Shown here in pieces: positions 51,921 to 64,000 of a DNA stretch of 64,000 bases. The notes under the pieces are model-generated. The model was not told where the DNA came from, did not search any database, and saw only the letters and a list, made by a program, of their open reading frames with translations. Position numbers and translations under genes: made by a program. The DNA is taken from assembly GCA_051294375.1 (NCBI GenBank), contig CM119266.1, positions 14,612,755 to 14,676,754 of the forward strand. The letters run 5' to 3'. Numbering within the stretch: position 1 is the stretch's first letter; every line of letters starts with the position of its first letter. This DNA is from Paraspadella gotoi (lineage: Eukaryota; Animalia; Chaetognatha).

Positions 51921-52425
51921 GAGGAGAGAGAGAAGACGGGGGCAGAGAGAGGCGTGGATTGCGGAAACCGGAGAAACTAGGCCTTACATGACGCTTTAAT
52001 AATGCGCAGTTTTTGTATTGCGTAAAAGTCGAAGAAAATGATGATGNNNNNNNNNNNNNNNNNNNNNNNNNACGACGACGAAAACAACGACGAAGACGAC
52101 GACGACGAGGACGACTATAATGATCGATTCCAAGGTCGACTGCATTACATAAAAGAAAGAAAAAGGATTTTTACTCTTTTCTCTTTCTCTTTCTTTCTCT
52201 TCTCCAATTCTATCTCTTTCTCTCTCTATTTTTTTTTCTTTTTCTAAACTGAAAGTAATTAGAAAGTGAATCTACGGGTAACGATTGAAGACGAACCTCG
52301 CGGGTGCCATCTAGCGGTAATGAAGCGAAGGTTGGAGGATTTAAAACAGGATGAACACAAAAGGACACACGAGCCTCTGCCGGAGATAGAAAGAGTTAAA
52401 ACGAGGGACAGAAAGTGATAGATAA

Positions 52426-52543
<118 letters not shown>

Positions 52544-52860
52544 CAGATTACAGTAAAAAGCAGAAACCAGAACGACGTAGGAATTAAACGCTCGATTGAA
52601 TCTTTTGAATTTGTAAGTATGTAATAGTAAGAAAGAAACTTAATATCAGATTAGATTACACTGTGATCTCGCTCATGTTGATTTAAAACGACAATTCTTC
52701 TTCCTCTTCTTTCATTTAACGGAACATCCCGACGCGTGGGTTCAAAATCCCAATCGAGAAAGAAGATCTGGAAATATATTATTTCCTTTCCGTCTCCAAA
52801 ATTACTTCTCGTTAACGTCAACGGAAAATGCGTCAAAATCCAACGACAGACATCTTCTTT

Positions 52861-52896
<36 letters not shown>

Positions 52897-53084
52897 CTTT
52901 CCTCCCTCTCCCTTCGTATGTAGAACGAAAATTAAATTTTTTTTTCGGAAAAAGGAAAGAAAAAATTTTCGAAATTAATTTTGAGGAATTTTCTTTCCTC
53001 CTCTTAAGCCTACTCTCCTTATTTTTTTTCCCTTTCCTTCTTTTCTCCCTTTACTTGTTTTCCCATCCCTTTCCAAATATTTTT

Positions 53085-54072
53085 TTGCCTTCTTTATCTG
53101 AATGGTTTATTTAAGGAAAGGGGTCAAAGTAAAGGACGCGTATTTTTTTTATTTGTGAGAGATAATAAGAGAGAATAAGAGAGAAGATTTTAAATATTTA
53201 TGAATACATATGAATATGAATGAATATGAATACATATTACATTCCCCTGTCCCTTGAATAAAATGTGTGGAAGACGAAGCCGCGAGCAGTAAATACAACC
53301 GCTAAAAATTATGAAATAAACTTATAAAAATAAGTAAACTAAAGGAGCATTTAAAACTTCAAAATTGTCATTTCTGCGCACGCCGACGACATCGAGGTCA
53401 CCGTTAATTTTACAACGCAGTAGACCGCCGCGCAACTGCGCCACGCGTGGTAACGATACGCCACTTTTGCCAACCACACCCCAGCTTCCCATTATTTTAT
53501 ATTTTATTTCGAGGATGTTAAATGACCGCAGAGGAAGGTATAAAAAAAAGGTCTTTAGTTTGAATTTATTTCACCATTNNNNNNNNNNTTGCCTTCTTTA
53601 TCTGGAGGTTTTATTTAAGGAAAGGGGTCAAAGTAAAGGAGGCGTATTTTTTTCATTTGTGAGAGAGAGGGAGAGAATAAGAGAGAAGATTTTAAATATT
53701 TATCAATACGTTCCGCTGTCCCTTGAATGAACTTCTTGGCAAAAAAAAAATGTGTGCAAGACGAAGCCGCGAGCAGTAAATGCTACCGCTACAAATGATG
53801 AAATAAACTAATAAAAATAAGTTAACTAAAGAAACGTTTAAAACTTCAAAATTGTCATTTCGGCGCACGCCGACGACATCGAGGTCACCGACTCACCGTT
53901 CATTTTCCAACGCAGTAGACCGTCGCGCAATTGCGCCACGCGTGGTAACGATACGCCACTTTTGGCAACCACACCTCGGCTTCCCATTATTTTATATTTT
54001 ATTTCGAGGATGTCAAATGACCGCAGAGGAAGGTAGAAAAAAAAGGTCTTTATTTTTAATTTATTTCACCAT
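53085..54072. repeat. ~0.5 kb tandem duplication on either side of the N gap at 53579-53588
   Basis: Both units run TTGCCT(T)CTTTATCTG..GGGGTCAAAGTAAAGGA..GCGCCACGCGTGGTAACGATACGCCAC..TTATTTCACCATT. Confidence 0.85.
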
Positions 54073-55351
54073 TTTTCGAAGAAAAAAAGAGAATAAGATG
54101 CCCCTATATTTTCGTCGACCCGTTGAAAAATTGAGGAGACTTTAACTTACGCTAGAAGCTTAACTCTATTTCTCTCCCCTCTCTTTTGATAACCTCTAAA
54201 CCATCGTCGTGAGATCGTCGTCGTCGTCGTCATTTTCGTCGTCGTCTATTTTTTCGACGGGCGTCATTAATCTAAAATTCATCATTAATCTAAAATTCAC
54301 GGGGTCGGGCTCTCGACCCTCGACTCTGTGAAGGTTGAAGCAAAACCTTTTTTTTTTTCATTAAACGCGACCTGAAAAACAACGCATGCGCAGATAACGT
54401 AAACGGCGCGTGACAATAGAACATCAATCTCTTCGTAACTATGTATACCACGATCGTATGGTTTTTTTTAAGTCCCGTATAAAGTATCAATGAAACGGTA
54501 GAAGTAAAAAAAAAGCCTTTTCTGCGTTAAAAAGTTTTAAGATTAATGTAATATATTTAAAACTTTAAATATAACCTCCATTTCGAACAAAACAACAACA
54601 GACTCATCGATTCCGCGAAGTAAAAAAAAAAAATTCCCAAATTCTACGTCAGCGAATTTCGCTTTTATACGAACAAAAAAGGAGGGCGTGATCTTTGCAA
54701 AGCCAAAAGGGTGGTGGCGAGGGGGTGGTGGAGGGATTAGGGGCAAGAGGCGGGGGGAGAGGGAGTAGAGGAGTTAAGGGGGGCGTTTAGAGGTTGGGCG
54801 TAGAGATAATGGACGCGACGCAGTTGTTGTATTCTTTCTTTTCTTTTCTCCCTTCTTTTTTTGTTGTCGCTCTGGCTTTCACGAGTTAAATTGAAAGGCG
54901 CGTCTATGTATAATGTTGTGTTTAAGTTATAGGATTGTAGGGAATTTATACACTTTAAAGATAATACATATGGTGTAAGAAAAAGGTAGATTCTTTATGA
55001 AATGATATTCGGTTTGGAGAATTTTCATTATTCACCTCATCTCCTTTTTCACGTATTCATACTATTAAGTATCACAGCAAAAAAAAAAGAAAATTTATAT
55101 AAAAAAAAGGAAGAAAAAATTGGCGTTCCTCTCGGCTCAAAAGGAGGGCGAAGGTCAGAGGCTACAGAAAATGGGATGAAGGGATATAAAAACGGGATAA
55201 TATTTTCCCGGCCGAATTTGCATTTTTATATTAAAGAGAGAGAAAAAAAATGGGCGGAGGATGGTGGAAAAAGAGAAAGAGAAAGAGAGAGAGNNNNNNN
55301 NNNNNNNNNNNNNNNNNNAGAGCAGAGGATAGAGAGAGTAGAGAGAGGAGA

Positions 55352-55386
<35 letters not shown>

Positions 55387-55424
55387 TGAGGAGAGATACG
55401 AAGAAGATCAAATTTAAAGATAAT

Positions 55425-57360
55425 TAATGTAATTTTTTTTTTTAGATTTGCAACGAGAACCGAACTGTCAGAGAATGAGGATGAAAAATTTAAATGAAAT
55501 TTTGGTAAAAATCGAGTTTTTCAATTGATATTCTGATGATGTTTGCCCGAAAAAATTATATAGAGACTGACGCAATGATTCGACTAATTCACAGATAGTG
55601 TTTTTTTTTTTTTTTTTCTTCTTTCTTATTCTTCTGTTCTTTTTATCTTCTTTGCTTTCTTTCTTTCTTTCTTTTTCTTTCTTTTTTCTTTCTTTCATTT
55701 CCTTTATTTCTTTTCATGTTCTTCTTTTTTTTTCCTATATTTACAACATCCAACATCCCTTCATATTTGCTTGAAAAAGGCACACCTATTTTCTCCACTA
55801 CTCGCACATTTTTTTGCGAGAAAATAATAGGCTATGAGGGTAATGAAAAAAAAAGTTGTTTCTACCTAATCGTTTTTTTGATGACCGCTGCGTAAAAACG
55901 AGAGTGGCGTCGTGTATACTTTTCCTTCGCGATGAAAAAAATTCATTCTATAAAAGAATTATTTGTTAAAATGGATGTTTTCATATATTTTTTTTCTCGC
56001 CGATGAATCGTTCGGAGCCCACGATGATTTTTCTTCCTTTATTTCCTCCCCCCCCTCGGTAAATGTTGTGACGCCCAATTTTGTTTGCCACGAACTTTGG
56101 ATCTCATTCTTTACATTATTTTTCTCGTGTCGTCGTCGTCGTCGTCCGTCGTTCACGGCTTCAGTCATCTCACCAACGAAAGGGGAAAAAGATAAGAAAG
56201 ATAAAAAGAGAGAAAGCGAATGAAAATAACGGAAGTTTAAAAACTTTTTTCACTTCTCTTCTTCTCTCTCCCATCTTCCGCTGAGGTGCCAAGTTTTTAT
56301 TTCCCTGATCATAGTAAAAAAATCAATACAAAAATAGGGGGGGGGAAAGTTAAAAAAAAAAAGCAAATAGAATAAAGTGGAACAATTTTTGGATTCTCTC
56401 GTGGGTGTGAGAACAGGGTTGAAAACTCGACAGGGAGAGAGAAAGAGAGAAGGGAAAAGGAAATTCGCGACATAGTCACATCTATTCACAAGCAGACAAA
56501 AAAAAATAAATTTTTTTTCACCAAAAACTACGTGTCGAAAAGCAATAAAACAGCTTATAGGGTTTCGGTTGGAGGCTTAAACAAACAGGTTTTAGCCTGG
56601 GAAGAGAAGTAAGAAGAGAGAGTGAAAGGAGAATGTAATTTTTTTTTTAGATTTGGCAACGAGACCGAACTGTCGAGAATGAGGATGAAAAATTTAAATG
56701 AAATTTTGGTAAAAATCGAGTTTCAATTGATATTCTGAATGTTTGCCGAAAAAAATTATATAGAGACTGACGAATGATTCGACTAATTCACAAGATAGTG
56801 TTTTTTTTTTTTTTTTTCTTTGCTTTCTTGAGATGTACATTCGTGTTTTTTATATCTGGTGCTTATGCTTATCTTTCTTTCTGTATCTTATATATCTTTC
56901 TTTTTTCATTATGACTTATTTCATAATATCACTATTAATTTACATAGAATTATCCATGATTGCGCCATAGCTCTTTAGTATTTTTCCTATATTACCCCAA
57001 CATCCCTATCATTTGCTTGGAAAAAGGCACACCATTTTTCTCCCTACACGCACATTTTTTTGCGAAAAATAGCGCATGAGGGTCTAATGAAAAAAAAAGT
57101 TGTTCTCCATCGTTTTTTGATGACCGTCGTAAAAACGAGCGCGCGTGTTTAACTTTCCTTCGCGATGAAAAAAAAAATTCATTCTATAAAAAGACTTATT
57201 TGTTAAAATGAATGTTTTCATATATTTTTTTTTCTCGCTAGAATCGTTCGGAGCCCACGTATTTTTCCTTTTCCTTATTTCCCTCCCCCCCCCTCGGTAA
57301 ATGTTGTGACGCCCAATTTTGTTTGCCACCGAATTTAGCCTCTCATTCTTTACATTATTT

Positions 57361-57394
<34 letters not shown>

Positions 57395-57840
57395 GGCTTC
57401 AGTCATCATCACCAACGAAAGGGGAAGAAAAGATAGAAAGATAAAAAGAGAGAAAGACGAATGAAAATAACGGAAGTTTAAAACTTTTTTCCACTTCTCT
57501 TCTTCTCTCTCCCATCTTCCCGTGAGGTGCCAAGTTTTTTTTCCCTGATCATAGTAAAAAAATCTACAAAAAAATAGGGGGGGGAGAAAGTTAAAAAAAA
57601 AAGCAAATAGAGTAAAAGTGGAACATTTTTGGATTCTCTTCGTGGGTGTGAGAACAGGGTTGAAAACTCGACAGGGAGAGAAAGAGAGAAAGAGAGAAAA
57701 GGAAATTCGCGACATTAGTCACATCTATTCACAGAACAAAAAAAAATAAATTTTTTTCACCAAAAACTACGTGTCGAAAAGCAATAAAACAGCTTAATAG
57801 GGCTTTCGGTTGGAGGCTTAAACAAACAGGTTTAGCCTGA
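55425..57840. repeat. ~1.2 kb tandem duplication (~55425-56630 vs ~56633-57840), indel-rich
   Basis: Both units run AATGTAATTTTTTTTTTAGATTTG.. to ..GGAGGCTTAAACAAACAGGTTTAGCCTG. Confidence 0.85.
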
Positions 57841-57852
57841 GAGAGAGTAAGA

Positions 57853-57897
<45 letters not shown>

Positions 57898-57907
57898 GAG
57901 AAAGAAA

Positions 57908-57978
<71 letters not shown>

Positions 57979-58761
57979 TAAAATTGATTGCAGCCATAAA
58001 ATTCAATCTTTGAACAAACAGCAGCTGCGGCCGAGCTGCAAAAATTTTTCAGTGGGACCCAAAAATAACAAGGAACGAATTAAAAAAAGAAAAGAACAAC
58101 GAAAAAATAGGCGATTTAGCTTAAGGCAAAGCTTAAATTGAACGAAAAAAGGAAGTGGGCTTAGGACAGAACAACTTTTGGTCAGTATTAAAATAAATGA
58201 AAATTATCATTGTTTTTTTGAAACATGAAAACCTGAGAACAGCAATAAAGCACAATTTAAAAAAAAATAACGCTTATAAATTAAAATTTAAGATCTTTTC
58301 ACACAGCTAATTACTAAAAATAAATTAGTTTAATTCTCAAATAAGCGAGAAAACTCTACCGACGATTTAGTCATCAAAAGTTAGATGTTAATGAGAAAGA
58401 TGTCGGAAGTTGATTGAGAGAATTACCATCAGGGTTGGACAAGAACGACCCCCCAAATAAAAAATAAAAATAAAGGAAAATAAAAATAATATTTAATGAT
58501 CTTAATTTCCTCATCTAGGAAAAGATCGCAACCGATACATATTTACTCGACCACAACAAAACCAACTGTTGACAGGAATTGCAATAGTCAATCGAAAAGG
58601 ATGATAGAAAAACGGATGCCAGAAAAATATTGCAAATTAAGCGAGCGATAGAAAACGTTGAGGATCAACCGAGAGACAATCGACATTTCTAAGAAATGAG
58701 GAGACCTCTGCGGAAGCCATTTCATTTCGACACTTCCTCCGCCCCGACTACGACAAGTAGT

Positions 58762-58865
<104 letters not shown>

Positions 58866-61690
58866 GTCGGACGCTTCGGAGGCTTTCCCCTCGGTCTCTC
58901 GATTGGGGCAGTTTCGGTCCGCGGCGGGCAACCTTCGGCCGGGCAAAGACCGCCGGCCGGGCAACCTCCCGGTCTGGGCCGTCCTTCGGTCCGGACAGCC
59001 CCCGCGGGCTCGGACCGCCTCGGCCGACGAGAAAGGATCTCTTCCCGCTGAGCCGATGGCGAGGAAGTGGAGGGGGGAAGATGAACATGCGGGAGGAATA
59101 GTCGTGTAGCGGGAAAGGGTAATCGGTCAAGAAACAAACAAAAAAACAAACTGATGATTGGCTTAAAAAGAAAAAAACGAGCTAAAAGTAAGATGATGAT
59201 CAATTGACAAATTCCAATAAAGTCCTTAATATAGTTTTCAAATCGCGCTGCTCCTGGTTTCTCTTTCTCCCGATCTGTCATCATTCTCCGTATTCAACTA
59301 TATACATTCATTATTCAAGTTACATCCCGCCTTTTCCGTATCTCCCTCTCTTTCTCTTTCAATCGCCCATCTCCCCTGCGCCCTTGACTTTCGCCAACTT
59401 CCTAATTCCCACGATTTGTCAACATTTTTTTTTTCAAAGGAACAGAAGAAAGAAAGAAAAAAAAAGAATGAAAAAAAGAAAGAAAGAAAGAAAGAACTTC
59501 AATTTTCCTTCGCCACTTCAAATAATCGTCGTCGTCGTCGTCATCGTCGTGTTCTTACAAACAAATCAATTATCCCCTCGTCATCTCCTCCAGCGAAGCC
59601 TCTCGCCTCTTCCCTCCGGAGGCGATCGCCTTTCGATCCCCGACACCTTCGCCTCCACGTCCTTTGGGGATTTCCCTTCCCCGAAGCGGGGATTCCCCAT
59701 CCCCCAGGATAACTCTCATCCCCGCCGCGACCTCTCCAGCCTTCAGTCCCTCGAGCGTCAACCCCGTTTTCTCCTGTATCTCCCGGTGTTAATTTCTCAT
59801 CTCTCTCTCTCTCTCTCTCTTGACTCTCCTCTCTCCTTCTCTCTTCTCTCTTCTCTCTCTCTCTCTCTCTCTCTCCTCTCCTCCTCTCTCATCTCTCTTC
59901 TCTGAAAAAAAAAGACGAGTTTTAAACGCTTCATCAGGTGGGCGGAGCCACTCCCCACTTTAAAACGCCCATTATCCGGCCACCCGAGCCACCGTCGGCT
60001 GGTAGACCGACTCGGTCGGCTTGGCGGGCGGGATCGGGGGCATCCGAAACGGCCCTCGGACGGACTCTTTCCCCTTCACACGCGCCACCCCCCTCCTCCC
60101 AAAGCCCCCCGGCTCCACTTTTCACCCCGCAGCCCGACCGGCGCGGAGAATCGGCTCAAAGGGGGCAAACCGTAGGTGGAGGACCGGAGGTGGGGCAGGA
60201 ACGAGCCGTGTTGGTGGGCCGAGATGCGGACGGGCGGTCGGTCCGTCGGGCTGCTTGGTTGTTTTGGAGTAAAAAGGCGATGAGAGAAAAAAGAAAGGCG
60301 CTTGGATCGGATGGGTGGGAGGGAGAAGGAGAGGGAGAGGGGGAGGGTGGAGGGGGAGGGAGGGGGAGAGGAAAAAGGGGAGATGGTCCGGACGTTCAAG
60401 GGGCGTTTAATAAGGAGTTGATTTAAGGATGAAATCGGAAATTTTCCTGCGGGATAAAAGGAAAAAAGAGAGAAACGAAGATATGAGAAGTCAAGAAAGT
60501 AAAAAAAAGAAAGGAGAAAGAAAAAAGAAAGATAACAATCGTAAAACTAAAAGAGAAGAAAGGAAATAGTGAGATAGAGAGAGAGCTCGTCATGCCCCGG
60601 AGAGAGTGAGATATAAAAAAAAAAGAGAGAGATAGACTCGAGAAGAGAGATCCCCTTCGGAGACCGGAGGTCAAAGTTCAAATCGCTCTAAACGCCTCCC
60701 TCTGTTTTTATCCTCGACTTCACCTCCCTACCCTTTGAAAGAAACCACCATCTTCCGAGCCTTTACTCGTTTCCTCAAGAGATAACCACCTACCATCTCT
60801 CTATCCCTCCACTCTCTTTTGGCCACCTCTTTCCTTCCCCCCTCCCCCGGCCGCACGAACAGAGAGAGAGAAAAAAAGAAGATATGGAGGTGAAATAGTT
60901 TTTTGACCCTTGGAGCCCGACGACCTTTTCGAGGGGCCGGAGTTGACCCCCGAGGGGGCCCTGGCTGACCTCCGAGGAGGCCCGGATTGACCCCCGCGAG
61001 CGACGGGCGACGATCCGCCTCCCCCGGTTCGGTGGAGGGGTGGTGGGGGAGAAGGGGCAGATTCGGTCGGGGTGCGTTGACCCCGGAAGGGGGCGTGGCG
61101 GTCAATGAGACGCTTTATTGTGGATAGCCTAAAGTGAGACGGAGAAGGAAGGAACGGGAATGAGGTGGGAAACTAGATACTTGGACATTATTATTACTAT
61201 TAGCACGTCCTAATTCAATTATTTAAGTTTTACGCTTTTCAATGTAATTATTGGCAAAACTGCCCGGTAAAACTTCTAATTAGTATAAAGGTGAAAGACA
61301 TAAAAAAGGTTTTCACAAGAAAAGAAAACTTATGTAAACTTTTCCGTCTTTACCTCCCGTCTCCTTTAAAAAAAAAACGTCTCGAGCCAAGCAGGGTTTT
61401 CCCTCCTTAAATCCAACCCTTCTATTCTCTCTCCGCCGACTCCTCTAATCTCTCAAACATCCCCTACCTCTCTTTCTCTCTCTCCCCCCGGACCCCTTCT
61501 TTTCCGCCGGGCCGATAATCGCCGAGGGGCCGAGCGACGGGGAAGCATCTTCAGCGGTCGACGGCCGTGTCGGCACCGGCGGCGGCGGTCGGCGGTCGGC
61601 AGCGTCAGAGAGGAACCCTTCAACGCCCCCCTCCTTTCCGCCCGCCCACCGTCGAGAGGGAGAGAAAGAGAGATAGAAATAGAGAGGCGG

Positions 61691-61694
<4 letters not shown>

Positions 61695-61786
<92 letters not shown>
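61695..61786. repeat. (GA)n microsatellite
   Basis: Perfect dinucleotide run. Confidence 0.95.
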
Positions 61787-61788
<2 letters not shown>

Positions 61789-62465
61789 CGTCGATGAAAG
61801 GGTGTTTAGTGGGAAAATAATTTGCTCAGGTTGGGAAAGAGGAGGAAGAGGAGAAGGAGGAGAAGGAGGTGAAGGAGGAAAAGGTGACGAAAGAGGAGGG
61901 GAATCATTCTCTTTTTTTTTCTCCCTCCTCTTTTTTTTTCGCGGGGAAGTTAAGTGGCCGACGAGTCTTGTCGTCGCGGAAAAGTTTTTTTCCCCTTTCT
62001 TTTTTTTTTTCTTTCGTCGGCGATAGAGACAAATAAAAGGAGGAGAGATGGGAAAAGAGAGTAGGCGGAGTGAGAGAGAGAGAGAGAGAACAAAGAAAAG
62101 GAGAAAAAGGGGCGGATGAGTTTATAAAACAGAAAGACAGAGAGAGCCTAGGAGTGAGATTGAATTGAGTCCAACTCAGACCACTAATCAGGCGAAGTCT
62201 CAATAATGAAGCCCGAAAACCTAAAAAAAAACCTAAAAAAAGAATTTTGCGTCATCGAAATAATTGCGGCGAACTTCTCCAATGTTTTTTTCGCTGAATA
62301 AAAGAAAAAAACAGTGACGTGGAAGAGGGAAATTATAGGGGAAATAAATGAAGGGAATAATAAATGTGATGGTTTAATTCTCGTTAAATTGCTGAGCAAA
62401 AATAAATGTAATAATTGAATAAAATCGACGCCAGGTTTTGTCGTCACCCGCGGTATCGTGAAAAA

Positions 62466-62543
<78 letters not shown>

Positions 62544-62727
62544 AGAAGGAGAGAGAGAGATAAAGAGAAGAGAGAGGGGCAAATATTTGCCGATGAAGAC
62601 GTTCGAGAGGCCACCTTTCGATGGCTTAACGTGAAAATCTCGGGGTTTTTGAAAAAAAAAAAAAGGAAACTAAAATGAAAGGAAAGAAAAATATGACAAA
62701 AACAAACATTAGTCCGAATTATCGTTT

Positions 62728-62730
<3 letters not shown>

Positions 62731-62821
<91 letters not shown>
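62731..62821. repeat. (GA)n microsatellite
   Basis: Perfect dinucleotide run. Confidence 0.95.
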
Positions 62822-62825
<4 letters not shown>

Positions 62826-64000
62826 AGATAGAAGCGAAATTTAAAGAGAAATTCTTAGCGACATAAAACACCAGAACAGAACATTTTCACATAAATACTT
62901 TTCCTCGAGAAAACAAATTTAAAGAAAGTTTTACAAAAAAAAAGGATAAAGAATTTAAAGAGGGGGGGGGAAATTGGTAGAGAGGGAAGAAAAGAAAGTA
63001 GGAAGACGTGTTCTGTTTGGAGAAAATTTTTTTTGTTGCCAAATGCCAAATTGCGTAGTCGGTAACAACCGAAAGGGATATTCCGCTCTCATTGCCAGAC
63101 CGGGTTTTTTTTCTTCCTCCGAAATCCCATTAATCCTTTAATTTCCAACACAGAAGGTAGAAACATCCTTATACCAATTTATCTGTTACACATTGTATTC
63201 TTTTTCAAGAGAAAGAATTTGAACGAGGAACCCTAATTCATTTTAATTTAAAAAATAGTTTTATGGATATATACAAAGACGAAAACTCATTAAATAACAG
63301 TTTATATTGGAGTTGAGAATATTCTAGTGATTATTTTTAAAAAAATTAGTAAGCGAGACGCGTCGATTCGTTGTTTAAACTTTTCAATCATTTTTGCGAC
63401 TCAAAATATTTTTTTTTCTCTTCTAATAAAAAAAAGAAGTTTGCAACGATCCAATTTTTTTTTTCATCAGCAATTTCCGGTTCGTTATTTAATTCTGAAA
63501 AAAAAAGAGCTAAACCAACAAGAGTTATAAAATAAATTAAATATTTTTTTTCTCCTTTTCTTTTTTTCTAAATATTTTTCTGGCAACAGAGTAAATTAAA
63601 ACAAATGAGAAACGATCAAATCCGTCATTCAATATTAGCGATGAATGTTTTTTATCCGAGTTATTTATATGAAAGATTTGGGCGAAAGGAAGGGAAGGGG
63701 AAATAAAGTATAGAGAGACGAGAGAGAGAGAGAGAGAGACGAGAAGAGAGAGATAGAGAGGAGTAGAGAGAGAGAGCGAGACGATAGAGAGGAGAGATGG
63801 AGAAGAGAGAGAGAGAGAGACTCAACATTCTCGATCGATCGACAAATATCCCTAAACAAACTAAGAGTTAATAACTTCAATACGAAGAATCTGTAAGCAC
63901 TCTATTTTTAAAAAAAAAAAGATAAGAAGCATTTTAATCTCGCCAGTATAAACCCATTATGTTATTTAAAAAGTAATACGTTTCAAGTTGTCATTTTGAC

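Overview
Eukaryotic (animal, probably invertebrate) genomic DNA: AT-rich introns, GC-rich exons, many (GA/TC)n microsatellites and several N gaps. I could reconstruct spliced genes by hand. (1) At 1-7307 (-) is a very divergent cyclic-nucleotide-binding-domain (CNBD)-family 6TM ion channel: one near-complete S1-S6/C-linker/CNBD unit, followed immediately by a second S1-pore unit that runs off the window edge. The two may be one concatenated CNGK-like polypeptide. (2) An apparently functional U6 snRNA gene (1157-1263, +, with TATA box and T6 terminator) sits antisense inside an intron of the second unit. (3) An atypical four-exon tetraspanin (8032-9227, +) lies head-to-head with the channel. 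(4) A SMUG1 uracil-DNA glycosylase gene (-, 11103 to >20780) has an intact catalytic core embedded in very long His/Pro/Gly/Ala/Ser-rich disordered tails. The SMUG1 block appears three times. Copies 2 and 3 are offset by 12,295 bp and share the same frameshifting indels, so they are most likely a long-read gap-filling artefact. The last ~18 kb has no recognisable conserved CDS: microsatellites, GC-rich islands, smaller noisy tandem duplications and a candidate SMUG1 first coding exon. All gene models are manual and unverified by alignment or RNA data.
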